A stretch of 29,365 nt of DNA from a virus, in the UHGV virus genome UHGV-0335882. One strand, given 5' to 3'. The notes beneath the pieces were generated by a model, which searched no databases, was not told the DNA's origin, and saw nothing but the letters and a program-made list of their open reading frames with translations. Shown here one piece after another: positions 21,247 to 29,365 of this stretch; within the stretch, counting starts at the first letter, position 1, and the number at the start of each line of letters is the position of its first letter. The translations under genes and the position numbers were made by a program.

Positions 21247-22464
21247 ATGAAACTTCATGAGATGAAGCAAAAACGAAACACCATTGCAAAGGATATGCGT
21301 GCACTGCATGAAAAAATTGGTGATAACGCATGGACTGATGAGCAACGGGCAGAGTGGAACAGGGCGAAAGCTGAGCTGGATGCGCTGGATGAGCAAATCG
21401 CCCGTGAAGAAGAGTTGCGCCGTCAGGATCAGGCATATGTGGATGAGTCCGGGCCGGAAGAGCGCCAGAATAATGAGGCGGAGAACGGGAAAAAGGCGGT
21501 GGAAGAGAAGCGCGCTGCGGCATTTAACCGTTTTCTGCGTGCCGGATTTGCAGAACTGAATGCTGAAGAGCGTAATCTGATGCGTGAACTGCGGGCTCAG
21601 AGTGTAACAACGGATTCTCAGGGCGGATATACGGTGCCCACGCAGATGCGTAACAAAATCATTGACACCATGAAGGCTTATGGCGGGATTGCCAGTGTGG
21701 CGCAACTTCTGACCACATCAACCGGGCAGGATATCACCTGGTCAACGTCTGATGGCACGACTGAAGAGGGCGAACTGCTGGCGGAAAATACAGCCGCAAC
21801 GGAACAGGATGTGACGTTCGGGACCGCTATTCTGGGGGCTAAAAAGCTGTCATCAAAAATAATTCGTGTGTCCAATGAGCTGCTCCAGGACAGTGGGGTG
21901 GATATTGAATCTTATCTGGCAAACCGTATTGCCCAGCGTATTGGTCGTGGAGAGGCAAAATATCTGGTTCAGGGGACCGGAACGGGATCACCGTTACAGC
22001 CAAAAGGGCTGGCAGCGTCGGTGACGGGAACCATCCAGACTGTAGCCTCTGCCGCTTTCACCTGGAAAGAAATGAATGCCCTGAAACATGCCATTGATCC
22101 GGCATATCGTGGTGGGCCGAAATACCGCTGGGCATTCAATGATGCCACATTGCAGACTATTGAAGAGATGGAGGATGGACAGAAACGCCCGTTATGGCTG
22201 CCGGATATTGCAGGCGGTACGCCGGCTACTGTGCTGGGGATCCCTTATGTTATTGATCAGGCTATTGACGGGATTGGTACCGGAAAAAAATTCATTTTCC
22301 TGGGGGATTTCAACCGCTTTATCATTCGCCGCGTTACTTATATGGAACTGAAACGTCTGGTTGAGCGTTATGCTGAGTTTGATCAGGTGGCATTTCTGGC
22401 TTTCCATCGTTTTGACTGTGTGCTGGAAGATGTGGCAGCCATCAAGGCGCTCACTGGCAAATAA
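21247..22464 (+). CDS. Major capsid protein (HK97 fold, with N-terminal delta/scaffold domain)
   Basis: 405-aa ORF; N-terminal ~100 aa is charged and coiled-coil-like (EQRAEWNRAKAELDALDEQIAREEELRRQ), typical of a delta domain removed by the adjacent protease; followed by an intrinsic terminator. Confidence 0.93.
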   Translation: MKLHEMKQKRNTIAKDMRALHEKIGDNAWTDEQRAEWNRAKAELDALDEQIAREEELRRQDQAYVDESGPEERQNNEAENGKKAVEEKRAAAFNRFLRAGFAELNAEERNLMRELRAQSVTTDSQGGYTVPTQMRNKIIDTMKAYGGIASVAQLLTTSTGQDITWSTSDGTTEEGELLAENTAATEQDVTFGTAILGAKKLSSKIIRVSNELLQDSGVDIESYLANRIAQRIGRGEAKYLVQGTGTGSPLQPKGLAASVTGTIQTVASAAFTWKEMNALKHAIDPAYRGGPKYRWAFNDATLQTIEEMEDGQKRPLWLPDIAGGTPATVLGIPYVIDQAIDGIGTGKKFIFLGDFNRFIIRRVTYMELKRLVERYAEFDQVAFLAFHRFDCVLEDVAAIKALTGK

Positions 22465-22485
22465 CCACTCGTTGTTCAGTTACAG

Positions 22486-22507
22486 ACCGCGCCGACGCGG
22501 TTTTTTT
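22486..22507 (+). terminator. Rho-independent terminator after the major capsid gene (ACCGCG-CCGA-CGCGGT followed by T7)
   Basis: 6-bp GC-rich stem, 4-nt loop and a 7-T run, 22 nt downstream of the capsid stop codon. Confidence 0.6.
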
Positions 22508-22540
22508 ATGCCCGCACAGTGTTGCGGGCAGGAGTTTCTG

Positions 22541-22858
22541 ATGGCAGCAATAGTGGAAAAACTCAGGGCGCAGTGCCGTATTGATACAGATGATGCAACT
22601 GATGATGAGTTACTGATGCTGTATTTCCGGGCTGCCTGCCGCAAGGCAGAAAATTTTATCAACCGTAAGCTTTATGAGGAGACGGTGCCGGAAGGTGATC
22701 CTGAAGGGGTGCTTATAGCTGATGATGTTTTGCTGGCGCTCATGTTGCTGGTCGGGCACTGGTACGAAAACCGGGAAAATTCCTCAGATGTCAGCAAGGC
22801 ACCAGTCCCGTTTGGTTTTTCTTCTCTGCTGGAGCCTTATCGTTTTATTCCTTTGTAG
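22541..22858 (+). CDS. Head-tail connector protein (gp6-like)
   Basis: Start at ATG 22541 with GGAG 6 nt upstream (track ORF extends 5' through the terminator). Product MAAIVEKLRAQCRIDTDDATDDELLMLYFRAACRKAENFINRKL... resembles the gp6-like connector family. Confidence 0.75.
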   Translation: MAAIVEKLRAQCRIDTDDATDDELLMLYFRAACRKAENFINRKLYEETVPEGDPEGVLIADDVLLALMLLVGHWYENRENSSDVSKAPVPFGFSSLLEPYRFIPL

Positions 22859-22866
22859 GAGGAGAC

Positions 22867-23205
22867 ATGCAGGCGGGCAGATTACGTGATCGCGTAATTA
22901 TTCTGAATGTCACCACCGCCCGCTCTCCGTCAGGGCATCCGGTGGAGACGGTGACGGAGGGAGCTACCGTATGGGCAGAAGTTAAGGGTATCAGCGGGAG
23001 GGAGATAATCTCAGGCGGAGCAGAAACCGCTCAGGCTACGGTCAGAGTCTGGATGAGATTCCGGCGCGATGTGACAGCGACTTCACGTCTGAAAGTGCTG
23101 ACCGGTGCATTTAAAGGGGCCATTCTGGGTATAGAAGGTCCACCAATACCGGATGCACGCGCTACCCGGCTTGAAATACTCTGCAGCCTGAAGGGGAATG
23201 TGTGA
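22867..23205 (+). CDS. Head closure / head-tail joining protein (gp7-like)
   Basis: 112-aa ORF (MQAGRLRDRVIIL...WAEVKGISGREI...VRVWMRFRRDV...) with the pattern typical of head closure proteins; position after the connector gene. Confidence 0.75.
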   Translation: MQAGRLRDRVIILNVTTARSPSGHPVETVTEGATVWAEVKGISGREIISGGAETAQATVRVWMRFRRDVTATSRLKVLTGAFKGAILGIEGPPIPDARATRLEILCSLKGNV

Positions 23206-23651
23206 TGGATTTCAGTCTTGATTTTTCCGGCCTGGCGGATATTGCACGGGATTTGGAGACGCTCAGCAGGGCAGAAAACAATAAGGTTCTGCGCGATGCC
23301 ACCCGTGCCGGTGCTGAAGTTATGCGGGATGCAGTTGTTGAACGTGCGCCGGAGCGAACCGGGAAACTGAAGAAAAATGTGGTTGTTCTCACTCAGCGTT
23401 CAAAGCGTCGGGGGGAAATTATCTCGGGTGTCCACATTCGCGGACGGAACCTGCGAACCGGAAACAGTGATAACAGCATGAAAGCCAGCGATCCCCGAAA
23501 TGCATTTTACTGGCGCTTTGTGGAGCTGGGAACGATAAACATGCCCGCGCATCCATTCATTCGCCCGGCTTTCGATACGACAGAGGAACTGGCAGCACGG
23601 ATTGCCATACAGCGAATGAATCAGGCTATTGATGAGGTCTTAAGTAAATGA
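23202..23651 (+). CDS. HK97 gp10-family neck/tail-completion protein
   Basis: 149-aa ORF containing RFVELGTINMPAHPFIRPAFD, the conserved motif of the HK97 gp10 family; 4-nt overlap with the upstream gene. Confidence 0.75.
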   Translation: MMDFSLDFSGLADIARDLETLSRAENNKVLRDATRAGAEVMRDAVVERAPERTGKLKKNVVVLTQRSKRRGEIISGVHIRGRNLRTGNSDNSMKASDPRNAFYWRFVELGTINMPAHPFIRPAFDTTEELAARIAIQRMNQAIDEVLSK

Positions 23652-23992
23652 GAGAGGCCACACTGTATTCCCTGTTGTCTCAGCTGGCCGGAGGACAGGT
23701 TTATCCTTATGTGGTCCCACTGACGGAGGGAAAGCCTGCGGTATCTCCGCCGTGGCTGGTGTTTTCTGTGGTGTCTGACACGGCATCTGATGTGCTTGAT
23801 GGGCAGGCTGAATCCAGAATTACCGTGCAGATCGATGTCTGGGCGACAGTACCTGATGACGCAGATAATATTCGTGAGCAGGCGCTTGATGCGGTAAGAA
23901 AACTGGCACCCTCCGTTATTTCTAAAACGCAGGGTTATGATCCTGACTCCCGTCTGAGCAGAGCCACGCTTGAATTTCAGGTAATAGCCTGA
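23648..23992 (+). CDS. Tail terminator/completion protein (gp11-like)
   Basis: 114-aa ORF directly upstream of the major tail gene with 4-nt overlap to the preceding gene; assigned by position and size. Confidence 0.65.
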   Translation: MREATLYSLLSQLAGGQVYPYVVPLTEGKPAVSPPWLVFSVVSDTASDVLDGQAESRITVQIDVWATVPDDADNIREQALDAVRKLAPSVISKTQGYDPDSRLSRATLEFQVIA

Positions 23993-24012
23993 GGTCATTA
24001 ATGATTTTACCC

Positions 24013-24036
24013 ACCCGCCGCTGGCGGGTTTTTTTA
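24013..24036 (+). terminator. Terminator-like hairpin before the major tail gene (ACCCGCC-GCT-GGCGGGT followed by T7)
   Basis: 7-bp GC stem with a 3-nt loop followed by a T-run, in the 60-nt gap before the major tail protein start codon. Confidence 0.5.
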
Positions 24037-24052
24037 TTTTCAGGAGACGAGT

Positions 24053-24757
24053 ATGTCCTCTAATTTTGAGCGTTCGCAACTGACGAAAATTATGATTTCG
24101 TCTGCACCGGTAACAGCAGAAACCCTGGATTCTGCCAGCTATCTTGGCCTGAGCTGTACAATCAAAGAGGTGCAGTTTACCGCAGGACAAAAGCAGGATA
24201 TTGATGTCACCACGCTGTGTTCTGTTGAGCAGGAAAATATTAACGGTCTTGGTGCCGCGTCAGAGATTTCCATGTCAGGCAACTTTTATCTGAATGCTGC
24301 CCAGAACGCGTTGCGCAGTGCCTATGACAATGACACCACGTATGGCTTTAAAGTTATTTTTCCGTCAGGCAACGGATTTACCTTTATGGCAGAGGTGCGT
24401 CAGCATACCTGGTCTGCAGGAACCAATGGTGTTGTGGCTGCAACGTTTTCCTTGCGCCTGAAAGGTAAACCTGTGCTGACGACAGAGCCGCTGAAAGTGA
24501 AGGCCGATTTAAAAAGCACGCTGCGGGTTGCTTCCGGAGCGAAACTTGAAATGGCGGTTGAGGCTGCGGGTGGTGTGCCGCCTTATTCTTATGTCTGGAA
24601 GAAAGGTGGTTCTCCTGTTTCCGGACAGACGGCGGCAACGTTCAGTAAGGCATCGGCAGTATCCGGTGATGCGGGTGCATATACCTGCGAGATTTCTGAT
24701 TCAGCAAGCCCGGTTAACAAAGTGACCTCCACTTCCTGCACTGTAACCGTCAGTTAA
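24053..24757 (+). CDS. Major tail protein with C-terminal Ig-like domain
   Basis: 234-aa ORF following the neck genes with a GGAG ribosome-binding site. C-terminal ~85 aa (…GGVPPYSYVWKKGGSPVSGQTAATFSKASAVSGDAGAYTCEISDSASPVNKVTSTSCTVTVS) has immunoglobulin-like sequence character. Confidence 0.8.
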   Translation: MSSNFERSQLTKIMISSAPVTAETLDSASYLGLSCTIKEVQFTAGQKQDIDVTTLCSVEQENINGLGAASEISMSGNFYLNAAQNALRSAYDNDTTYGFKVIFPSGNGFTFMAEVRQHTWSAGTNGVVAATFSLRLKGKPVLTTEPLKVKADLKSTLRVASGAKLEMAVEAAGGVPPYSYVWKKGGSPVSGQTAATFSKASAVSGDAGAYTCEISDSASPVNKVTSTSCTVTVS

Positions 24758-24771
24758 TGAGGATGGATGTG

Positions 24772-25143
24772 ATGACTAAAAATATCCGTAATCTGGCACT
24801 GGCAACGATGTCGGGGTTTCGCCATAAAACCGTTGATGTGCCTGAATGGGAGGGAGCAACGGTTGTGTTACGGGAACCTTCTGCAGAAGCCTGGTTGCGC
24901 TGGCAGGAGATCGTTAAAGCAAAAGATGATGAGACACCGTTATCCGTTGCGGAGCGCGCCCGCCGAAATCTGGAGGCAGATGTTGAACTGTTCATTGATG
25001 TTCTGTGTGATACCGGACTGCAACCCGTATTTTCAGAGGATGATCGTGAACAGGTGATTGCCGTGTATGGCCCGGTGCATGCGCGGCTTCTTCGGCAGTC
25101 TCTGGAACTGATCAGTGATGCCGGCGAGGTTAAAAAAAAGTAG
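24772..25143 (+). CDS. Tail assembly chaperone (gpG-like)
   Basis: ORF between major tail and tape measure genes, acidic, ending …DAGEVKKK. Start at ATG 24772 with GAGGA 8 nt upstream; an alternative ATG at 24757 overlaps the upstream stop. Confidence 0.75.
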   Translation: MTKNIRNLALATMSGFRHKTVDVPEWEGATVVLREPSAEAWLRWQEIVKAKDDETPLSVAERARRNLEADVELFIDVLCDTGLQPVFSEDDREQVIAVYGPVHARLLRQSLELISDAGEVKKK

Positions 25144-25445
25144 CGCTTCCGGGGATGCGTTTTCTGATGATGCTGGCGCTCAGGATGGGGCGCACATTGT
25201 CAGAGTTACGCCGGGAAATGTCCGCATCAGAAATCATGATGTGGGCAGAATTTGACAGGTTCAGCCCGCTGGGGGACGAACGGGCTGATATCCGGGCTGC
25301 CCAGATTGTTTCAGCTGTTTACGGTGCGCAGGGGGTCAAAGTGCCACTGAATGATGCGCTTCTTCAGTGGGAGAAGGAGCAGACAGAAGGCGTATCAGAT
25401 CCATTTGCCGGACTGGAAAACGCGCTTTTAATAGTGTCTCAGTGA
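24772..25445 (+). CDS. Predicted tail chaperone frameshift fusion (gpGT-like), -1 shift at A AAA AAG
   Basis: Downstream ORF (…MRFLMMLALRMGRTLSELRREMSASEIMMWAEF…) is in the -1 frame and has no separate ribosome-binding site; slippery heptamer A AAA AAG sits at the end of the upstream chaperone frame. Confidence 0.6.
25134..25140 (+). other. Putative -1 programmed frameshift slippery heptamer A AAA AAG
   Basis: AAA (25135-25137) and AAG (25138-25140) are the last two sense codons of the chaperone zero frame; the -1 frame continues open for 101 codons to the stop at 25443-25445. Confidence 0.6.
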
Positions 25446-25453
25446 GTCAACAT

Positions 25454-25476
25454 AACCGCTTCGGCGGTTTTTTTTC
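25454..25476 (+). terminator. Terminator-like hairpin before the tape measure gene (AACCGC-TTCG-GCGGTT followed by T8)
   Basis: 6-bp stem with a UUCG-type tetraloop followed by an 8-T run, between the chaperone-T stop and the tape measure start. Confidence 0.55.
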
Positions 25477-25485
25477 GTCCGGAGA

Positions 25486-28400
25486 ATGAGTGTGGCGACA
25501 TTACGTGAACTGATTATTAAAATCTCGGCAAATTCCCGGTCATTCCAGTCAGAGATCTCCCGGGCTTCGCGTATGGGGCAGGATTACTACCGTACCATGC
25601 AGAACGGAGGCCGGCAGTCCGCTGCTGCATCCCGTGAAATGCGGCGTGCACTGGCAGAAGTGACGGATCAGATAAATACAGCTAAATCTTCGGCACTGAA
25701 TATGGCGGGGGCATTTGCCGGGGCTTTTGCTACCGGTCATCTTATTTCTTTCGCCGATGAGTGGAATTCAGTAAATGCCCGTCTGAAGCAGGCCTCACAG
25801 TCCAGTGATGATTTTCAGGCATCACAGCGTGAATTAATGGCGATCAGCCAGAGAACGGGGACGGCGTTTTCTGATAACGCCAGCCTTTTTGCCCGTTCTG
25901 CAGCTTCCATGCGGGAGTATGGTTACAGTTCTGAGGAGGTACTGAAAGTCACCGAGGCGATCTCCACGGGCCTGAAATTATCCGGTGCCAGTACAGCAGA
26001 AGCCAGTTCGGTGATCACGCAGTTCAGTCAGGCACTGGCGCAGGGAGTGCTGCGCGGTGAAGAGTTTAACTCGGTGAATGAGAACGGCGATCGTGTTATT
26101 CGTGCGCTGGCTGCGGGAGTGGGGGTTGCCCGTAAGGATCTGAAGGCCATGGCGGATAACGGAAAGTTGACCGCCGATAAGGTTGTTCCTGCACTGATTA
26201 GTCAGCTTGGGGCATTACGTGATGAATATGCGGCAATGCCTGATACGGTTTCATCCTCTGCAACCAAAGTTGAAAACGCCTTTATGGCCTGGGTTGGTGG
26301 TGCGAACGAGGCAAGCGGAGTGACGAAGACGCTCTCCGGTGTGCTGAATGGTATTGCAGGCAATATTGACACTGTGGCAACCGCTGCCGGTGCTCTGGTT
26401 GCCGTCGGGGTAGCCCGATATTTTGGCAATATGGCGTCTTCTGCTGGATCTGCAACTGCCGGATTAATTACTGCAGCCAGAAACGAAGTGGCTCTTGCGG
26501 AAGCGCAGCTCCGGGGGACACAGATAGCAACAGCCAGGGCGCGTGCGGCGGTTTATCGTGCGCAACAGGCGGTTGTTGCTGCTCGCGGTACCGAAAGGCA
26601 GGCAGCCGCAGAAGCGAAACTGGCTGCTGCCCAGGCATCACTTACCCGTAATATTGCGGCCAGAACAGCAGCACAGACAACGCTGAATACTGTCACGTCA
26701 GTGGGAAGTCGTCTGTTAAGTGGAGCACTGGGACTGGTTGGTGGGGTGCCGGGGCTTGTCATGCTGGGGGCCGCGGCCTGGTACACGATGTATCAGAATC
26801 AGGAGCAGGCCAGAGAATCTGCACGCCAGTATGCCGCAAAAATCGACGAAATTCGCCAGAAAACGTCGGCAATGTCGCTTCCTGAAGCGTCAGATAATGA
26901 GGAAAAGACGCGGCAGGCACTTGATGAGCAAAACAGGTTAATTGACGAGCAGAAAAGTAAGATTAAATCCTTACAGGAAAAAATTGCTGGCTATCAGTAT
27001 GTGCTGGCAAACCCGGGCTGGACAACCGATAACGGTTTTATGATTAACCACATGACGTCGGTAAAAACAGTCACAGAAGGGCTTGCAGAAGCAACAAATC
27101 AACTGGCAGTTGAACAGTCCCGTCTCACACAAATGCAGGGCAAAGCGCAATCCATTCAGGATGTGCTTGCCGGGCTGGAGGAGCGGCGGGTTGCGTTGAT
27201 CCGTCAACAGGCGGCGGAACAAAACAAAGCGTATCAGTCCCTGTTGATCATGAATGGGCAGCATACCGAGTTTAATCGCCTTCTTGGGCTTGGTAATGAA
27301 TTACTTCAGCAGCGACAGGGGCTGGTGAATGTACCGTTACGGCTACCACAGGCAACCCTGGATGATAAACAGCAGACCGCACTGAATAACAGCAAGCGCG
27401 AACTGGCTCTGTCCCGCCTTAAGGGGGAAGCGCGTGAGCGTGCCCGACTGGGCTATGCTGCGGATGATCTCGGCTTTGTGGGAGAGGCGTATCAGACAGC
27501 CAGACAGAATTATATCAATAACTCACTGGATGCCTGGCGAAATAACCAGGCAAATAAACCCAAAGCGCATAAAAAGACCGAAGCGGAAAAAACAGAAGAT
27601 ATTTATAAACGGCTGATTAAACAGCAAAAAGAACAGATAGCACTGGCAGGGCAGAATACTGAACTGGCTAAGATGAAATATCAGGTCAGTCAGGGCGAAT
27701 TATCAACCCTGTCAGAAGCGCAGAAAAAAACGCTTTTGCAGAATGCAGCACTCATCGACCAGAAAAAGATTCGTGAGCAGCTTGCTGCGTATGAAAGCAG
27801 CCTGGCGGACAGTAATGCCAGTACCCGGGCGTCTAACGACGCGCAGTTACTGGGATATGGTGAAGGCTCACGGATGCGTGAACGACTCCAGGAAATGTGG
27901 AGTATCCGGCATGAGTTTGAGCAGAAAAATAACGAGCTGCTGAGACAGTATCAGGCCGGAGAAATTGAAGAAGCCCTGTGGAAACAGGAGAAAGAACTGA
28001 ATAAAAAATATCTGGAAGAGCGTCTCAGCGATCAGCAGGATTATTATGCAAAGGCCGATGCTTTACGTAATAACTGGAATGCAGGACTCCAGGAGGGGCT
28101 GACCAACTGGGCAGACAGTGCCACCGATTATGCTTCGCAGGCGGCAGATGCTGTCGTTTCCACTATGGACGGGCTGGTATCAAATATTTCCGATGCGCTG
28201 GCCGGAAATGTTGTGGACTGGAGAAACTGGGGGAGTTCAATTCTCCAGGAAGTTTCAAAAATTCTGATGAATGCGGCCATTGTTAACGGACTGAAGTCAC
28301 TCTCCGGTGCCGGAGGGTGGCTTGGTACGGTCGGCGGATGGATTTCGGGGGCGGTGGCAAACGCAAAAGGTGGTGTTTACACATCGGCAAATCTGAGTGC

Positions 28401-28719
28401 TTACAGTAACACTATTGTGGATACACCGACGTATTTTGCTTTTGCGAAAGGTGCCGGGCTGATGGGCGAGGCCGGGCCTGAAGCTATCATGCCACTGACA
28501 CGGGCAGCGGACGGCTCTCTTGGGGTCAGAGCCATTGGCAATGTGAATAGTGGCGGGGGGGTTGTTTATTCTCCCGTGTATCACATCAGCATTCAGAATC
28601 AAGGGAGCAATGGCGAGATAGATGCGCGCTCAGCCAGGGGACTGGTGGATCTGATCGACAGCAGGGTTGTGTCAATTATGCAGTCATCGCGTCGGGATGG
28701 AGGATTGTACAGTGCCTGA
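25486..28719 (+). CDS. Tail tape measure protein (1077 aa)
   Basis: Very long, Ala/Gln-rich, coiled-coil-like ORF after the chaperone pair. C-terminal region (NWNAGLQEGLTNWADSATDYASQ…GGLYSA) parallels the lambda gpH C-terminus (NWMAGLKSGWSEWEESATDSMSQ…GGLFSGGGR). Confidence 0.93.
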   Translation: MSVATLRELIIKISANSRSFQSEISRASRMGQDYYRTMQNGGRQSAAASREMRRALAEVTDQINTAKSSALNMAGAFAGAFATGHLISFADEWNSVNARLKQASQSSDDFQASQRELMAISQRTGTAFSDNASLFARSAASMREYGYSSEEVLKVTEAISTGLKLSGASTAEASSVITQFSQALAQGVLRGEEFNSVNENGDRVIRALAAGVGVARKDLKAMADNGKLTADKVVPALISQLGALRDEYAAMPDTVSSSATKVENAFMAWVGGANEASGVTKTLSGVLNGIAGNIDTVATAAGALVAVGVARYFGNMASSAGSATAGLITAARNEVALAEAQLRGTQIATARARAAVYRAQQAVVAARGTERQAAAEAKLAAAQASLTRNIAARTAAQTTLNTVTSVGSRLLSGALGLVGGVPGLVMLGAAAWYTMYQNQEQARESARQYAAKIDEIRQKTSAMSLPEASDNEEKTRQALDEQNRLIDEQKSKIKSLQEKIAGYQYVLANPGWTTDNGFMINHMTSVKTVTEGLAEATNQLAVEQSRLTQMQGKAQSIQDVLAGLEERRVALIRQQAAEQNKAYQSLLIMNGQHTEFNRLLGLGNELLQQRQGLVNVPLRLPQATLDDKQQTALNNSKRELALSRLKGEARERARLGYAADDLGFVGEAYQTARQNYINNSLDAWRNNQANKPKAHKKTEAEKTEDIYKRLIKQQKEQIALAGQNTELAKMKYQVSQGELSTLSEAQKKTLLQNAALIDQKKIREQLAAYESSLADSNASTRASNDAQLLGYGEGSRMRERLQEMWSIRHEFEQKNNELLRQYQAGEIEEALWKQEKELNKKYLEERLSDQQDYYAKADALRNNWNAGLQEGLTNWADSATDYASQAADAVVSTMDGLVSNISDALAGNVVDWRNWGSSILQEVSKILMNAAIVNGLKSLSGAGGWLGTVGGWISGAVANAKGGVYTSANLSAYSNTIVDTPTYFAFAKGAGLMGEAGPEAIMPLTRAADGSLGVRAIGNVNSGGGVVYSPVYHISIQNQGSNGEIDARSARGLVDLIDSRVVSIMQSSRRDGGLYSA

Positions 28720-29053
28720 GCCTGAAGTTTTTAACTGGATCCCCCGTGAGGGGATGGAGACGACACGAAAGCCATCAGTTATTACGGTAAAGTTTGGTGA
28801 CGGATATGAACAGAGACGGGCTGGTGGTCTGAATGCGGATCTGAAAACGTTTAAACCGGTATTTCGTGTCACAGATGAATATTCCCGTGCCGCGCTGGAC
28901 AGTTTTTTATCCCGTCATGCCGGGATTCGTGCTTTTTTGTGGCGTCCGCCAAAACACAACAGGACTGTCCGGGTTGTCTGCAGGGAGTGGAGCATTTCGG
29001 ATAATGCCATGTATACCGATTTTAACTGTACCTTTGAAGAGGTCACTCACTGA
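28712..29053 (+). CDS. Minor tail protein, gpM-like
   Basis: Shares the KFGDGYEQR…GLNADLKT… core with lambda gpM (VRFGDGYSQRAPAGLNANLKT) but is diverged overall. Start set at GTG 28712 with GGAGGA 7 nt upstream, overlapping the tape measure stop; alternative ATG at 28697. Confidence 0.8.
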   Translation: MPEPEVFNWIPREGMETTRKPSVITVKFGDGYEQRRAGGLNADLKTFKPVFRVTDEYSRAALDSFLSRHAGIRAFLWRPPKHNRTVRVVCREWSISDNAMYTDFNCTFEEVTH

Positions 29054-29365
29054 TGCAGGATATACAGCAGGAAACACTCAATGAGTGCACTAAAACGGAG
29101 CAATCCGCGCTGATCGTGCTCTGGGAAATTGATCTGACAGAGGTCGGCGGAGATCGTTATTTCTTCTGTAATGAGCAGAACGAAAAAGGTGAACCGGTCA
29201 CCTGGCAGGGGCGGCAGTATCAGGCATACCCCATTCAGGGGACGGGATTTGAACTGAACGGTAAGGGCAGTGCTGCCCGTCCGACACTGACGGTCTCTAA
29301 CCTGCACGGCATGGTCACCGGGATGGCGGAAGACCTGCAGAGTCTGGTCGGCGGAACGGTGGTCA
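29053..29365 (+). CDS. Minor tail protein, gpL-like, partial (N-terminal 104 codons; continues beyond window end)
   Basis: ATG at 29053 overlaps the M-like stop (TGATG). Translation MQDIQQETLNECTKTEQSALIVLWEIDLTEVGGDRYFFCNEQNEKGEPVTWQGRQYQAYPIQG… is about 88% identical to the gpL encoded at 412-1110 on the other strand. Confidence 0.9.
   Translation, partial: MQDIQQETLNECTKTEQSALIVLWEIDLTEVGGDRYFFCNEQNEKGEPVTWQGRQYQAYPIQGTGFELNGKGSAARPTLTVSNLHGMVTGMAEDLQSLVGGTVV

Noticed and set aside
23621-24190. Minus-strand 189-aa ORF spanning the gp11-like/major tail boundary
   Set aside because: Antisense shadow; Arg/Cys-rich, crosses a terminator hairpin and an intergenic region.

Overview
Composite prophage region, read by eye from the sequence and the ORF track (no database search was run; lambda assignments rest on recalled lambda protein sequences). 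(1) Positions 1-14348, minus strand: an uninterrupted lambda-type packaging/head/tail operon (Nu1, A, W, B, C with nested Nu3, D, E, FI, FII, Z, U, V, G and G-T, H, M, L, 5' part of K), ending in a lambda-type cos site (cosN 14526-14537, cosB 14350-14525). (2) Positions 14540-16528: an accessory island with no large ORFs, carrying a signal-peptide protein, a lipoprotein with a TonB C-terminal-like domain, and a 5' stump of a bor/iss-family gene. (3) Positions 16529-29365, plus strand: an HK97-type module (HNH endonuclease, P27-family small terminase, large terminase, portal, prohead protease, major capsid protein, head-tail connector set, major tail protein, frameshifted tail chaperones, 1077-aa tape measure) ending in lambda-like M and L homologs. 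The two morphogenetic modules diverge head-to-head from the accessory island, and the window is bracketed by inverted, highly similar L genes. No lysis, immunity, integrase, tRNA or CRISPR features are visible in the window.
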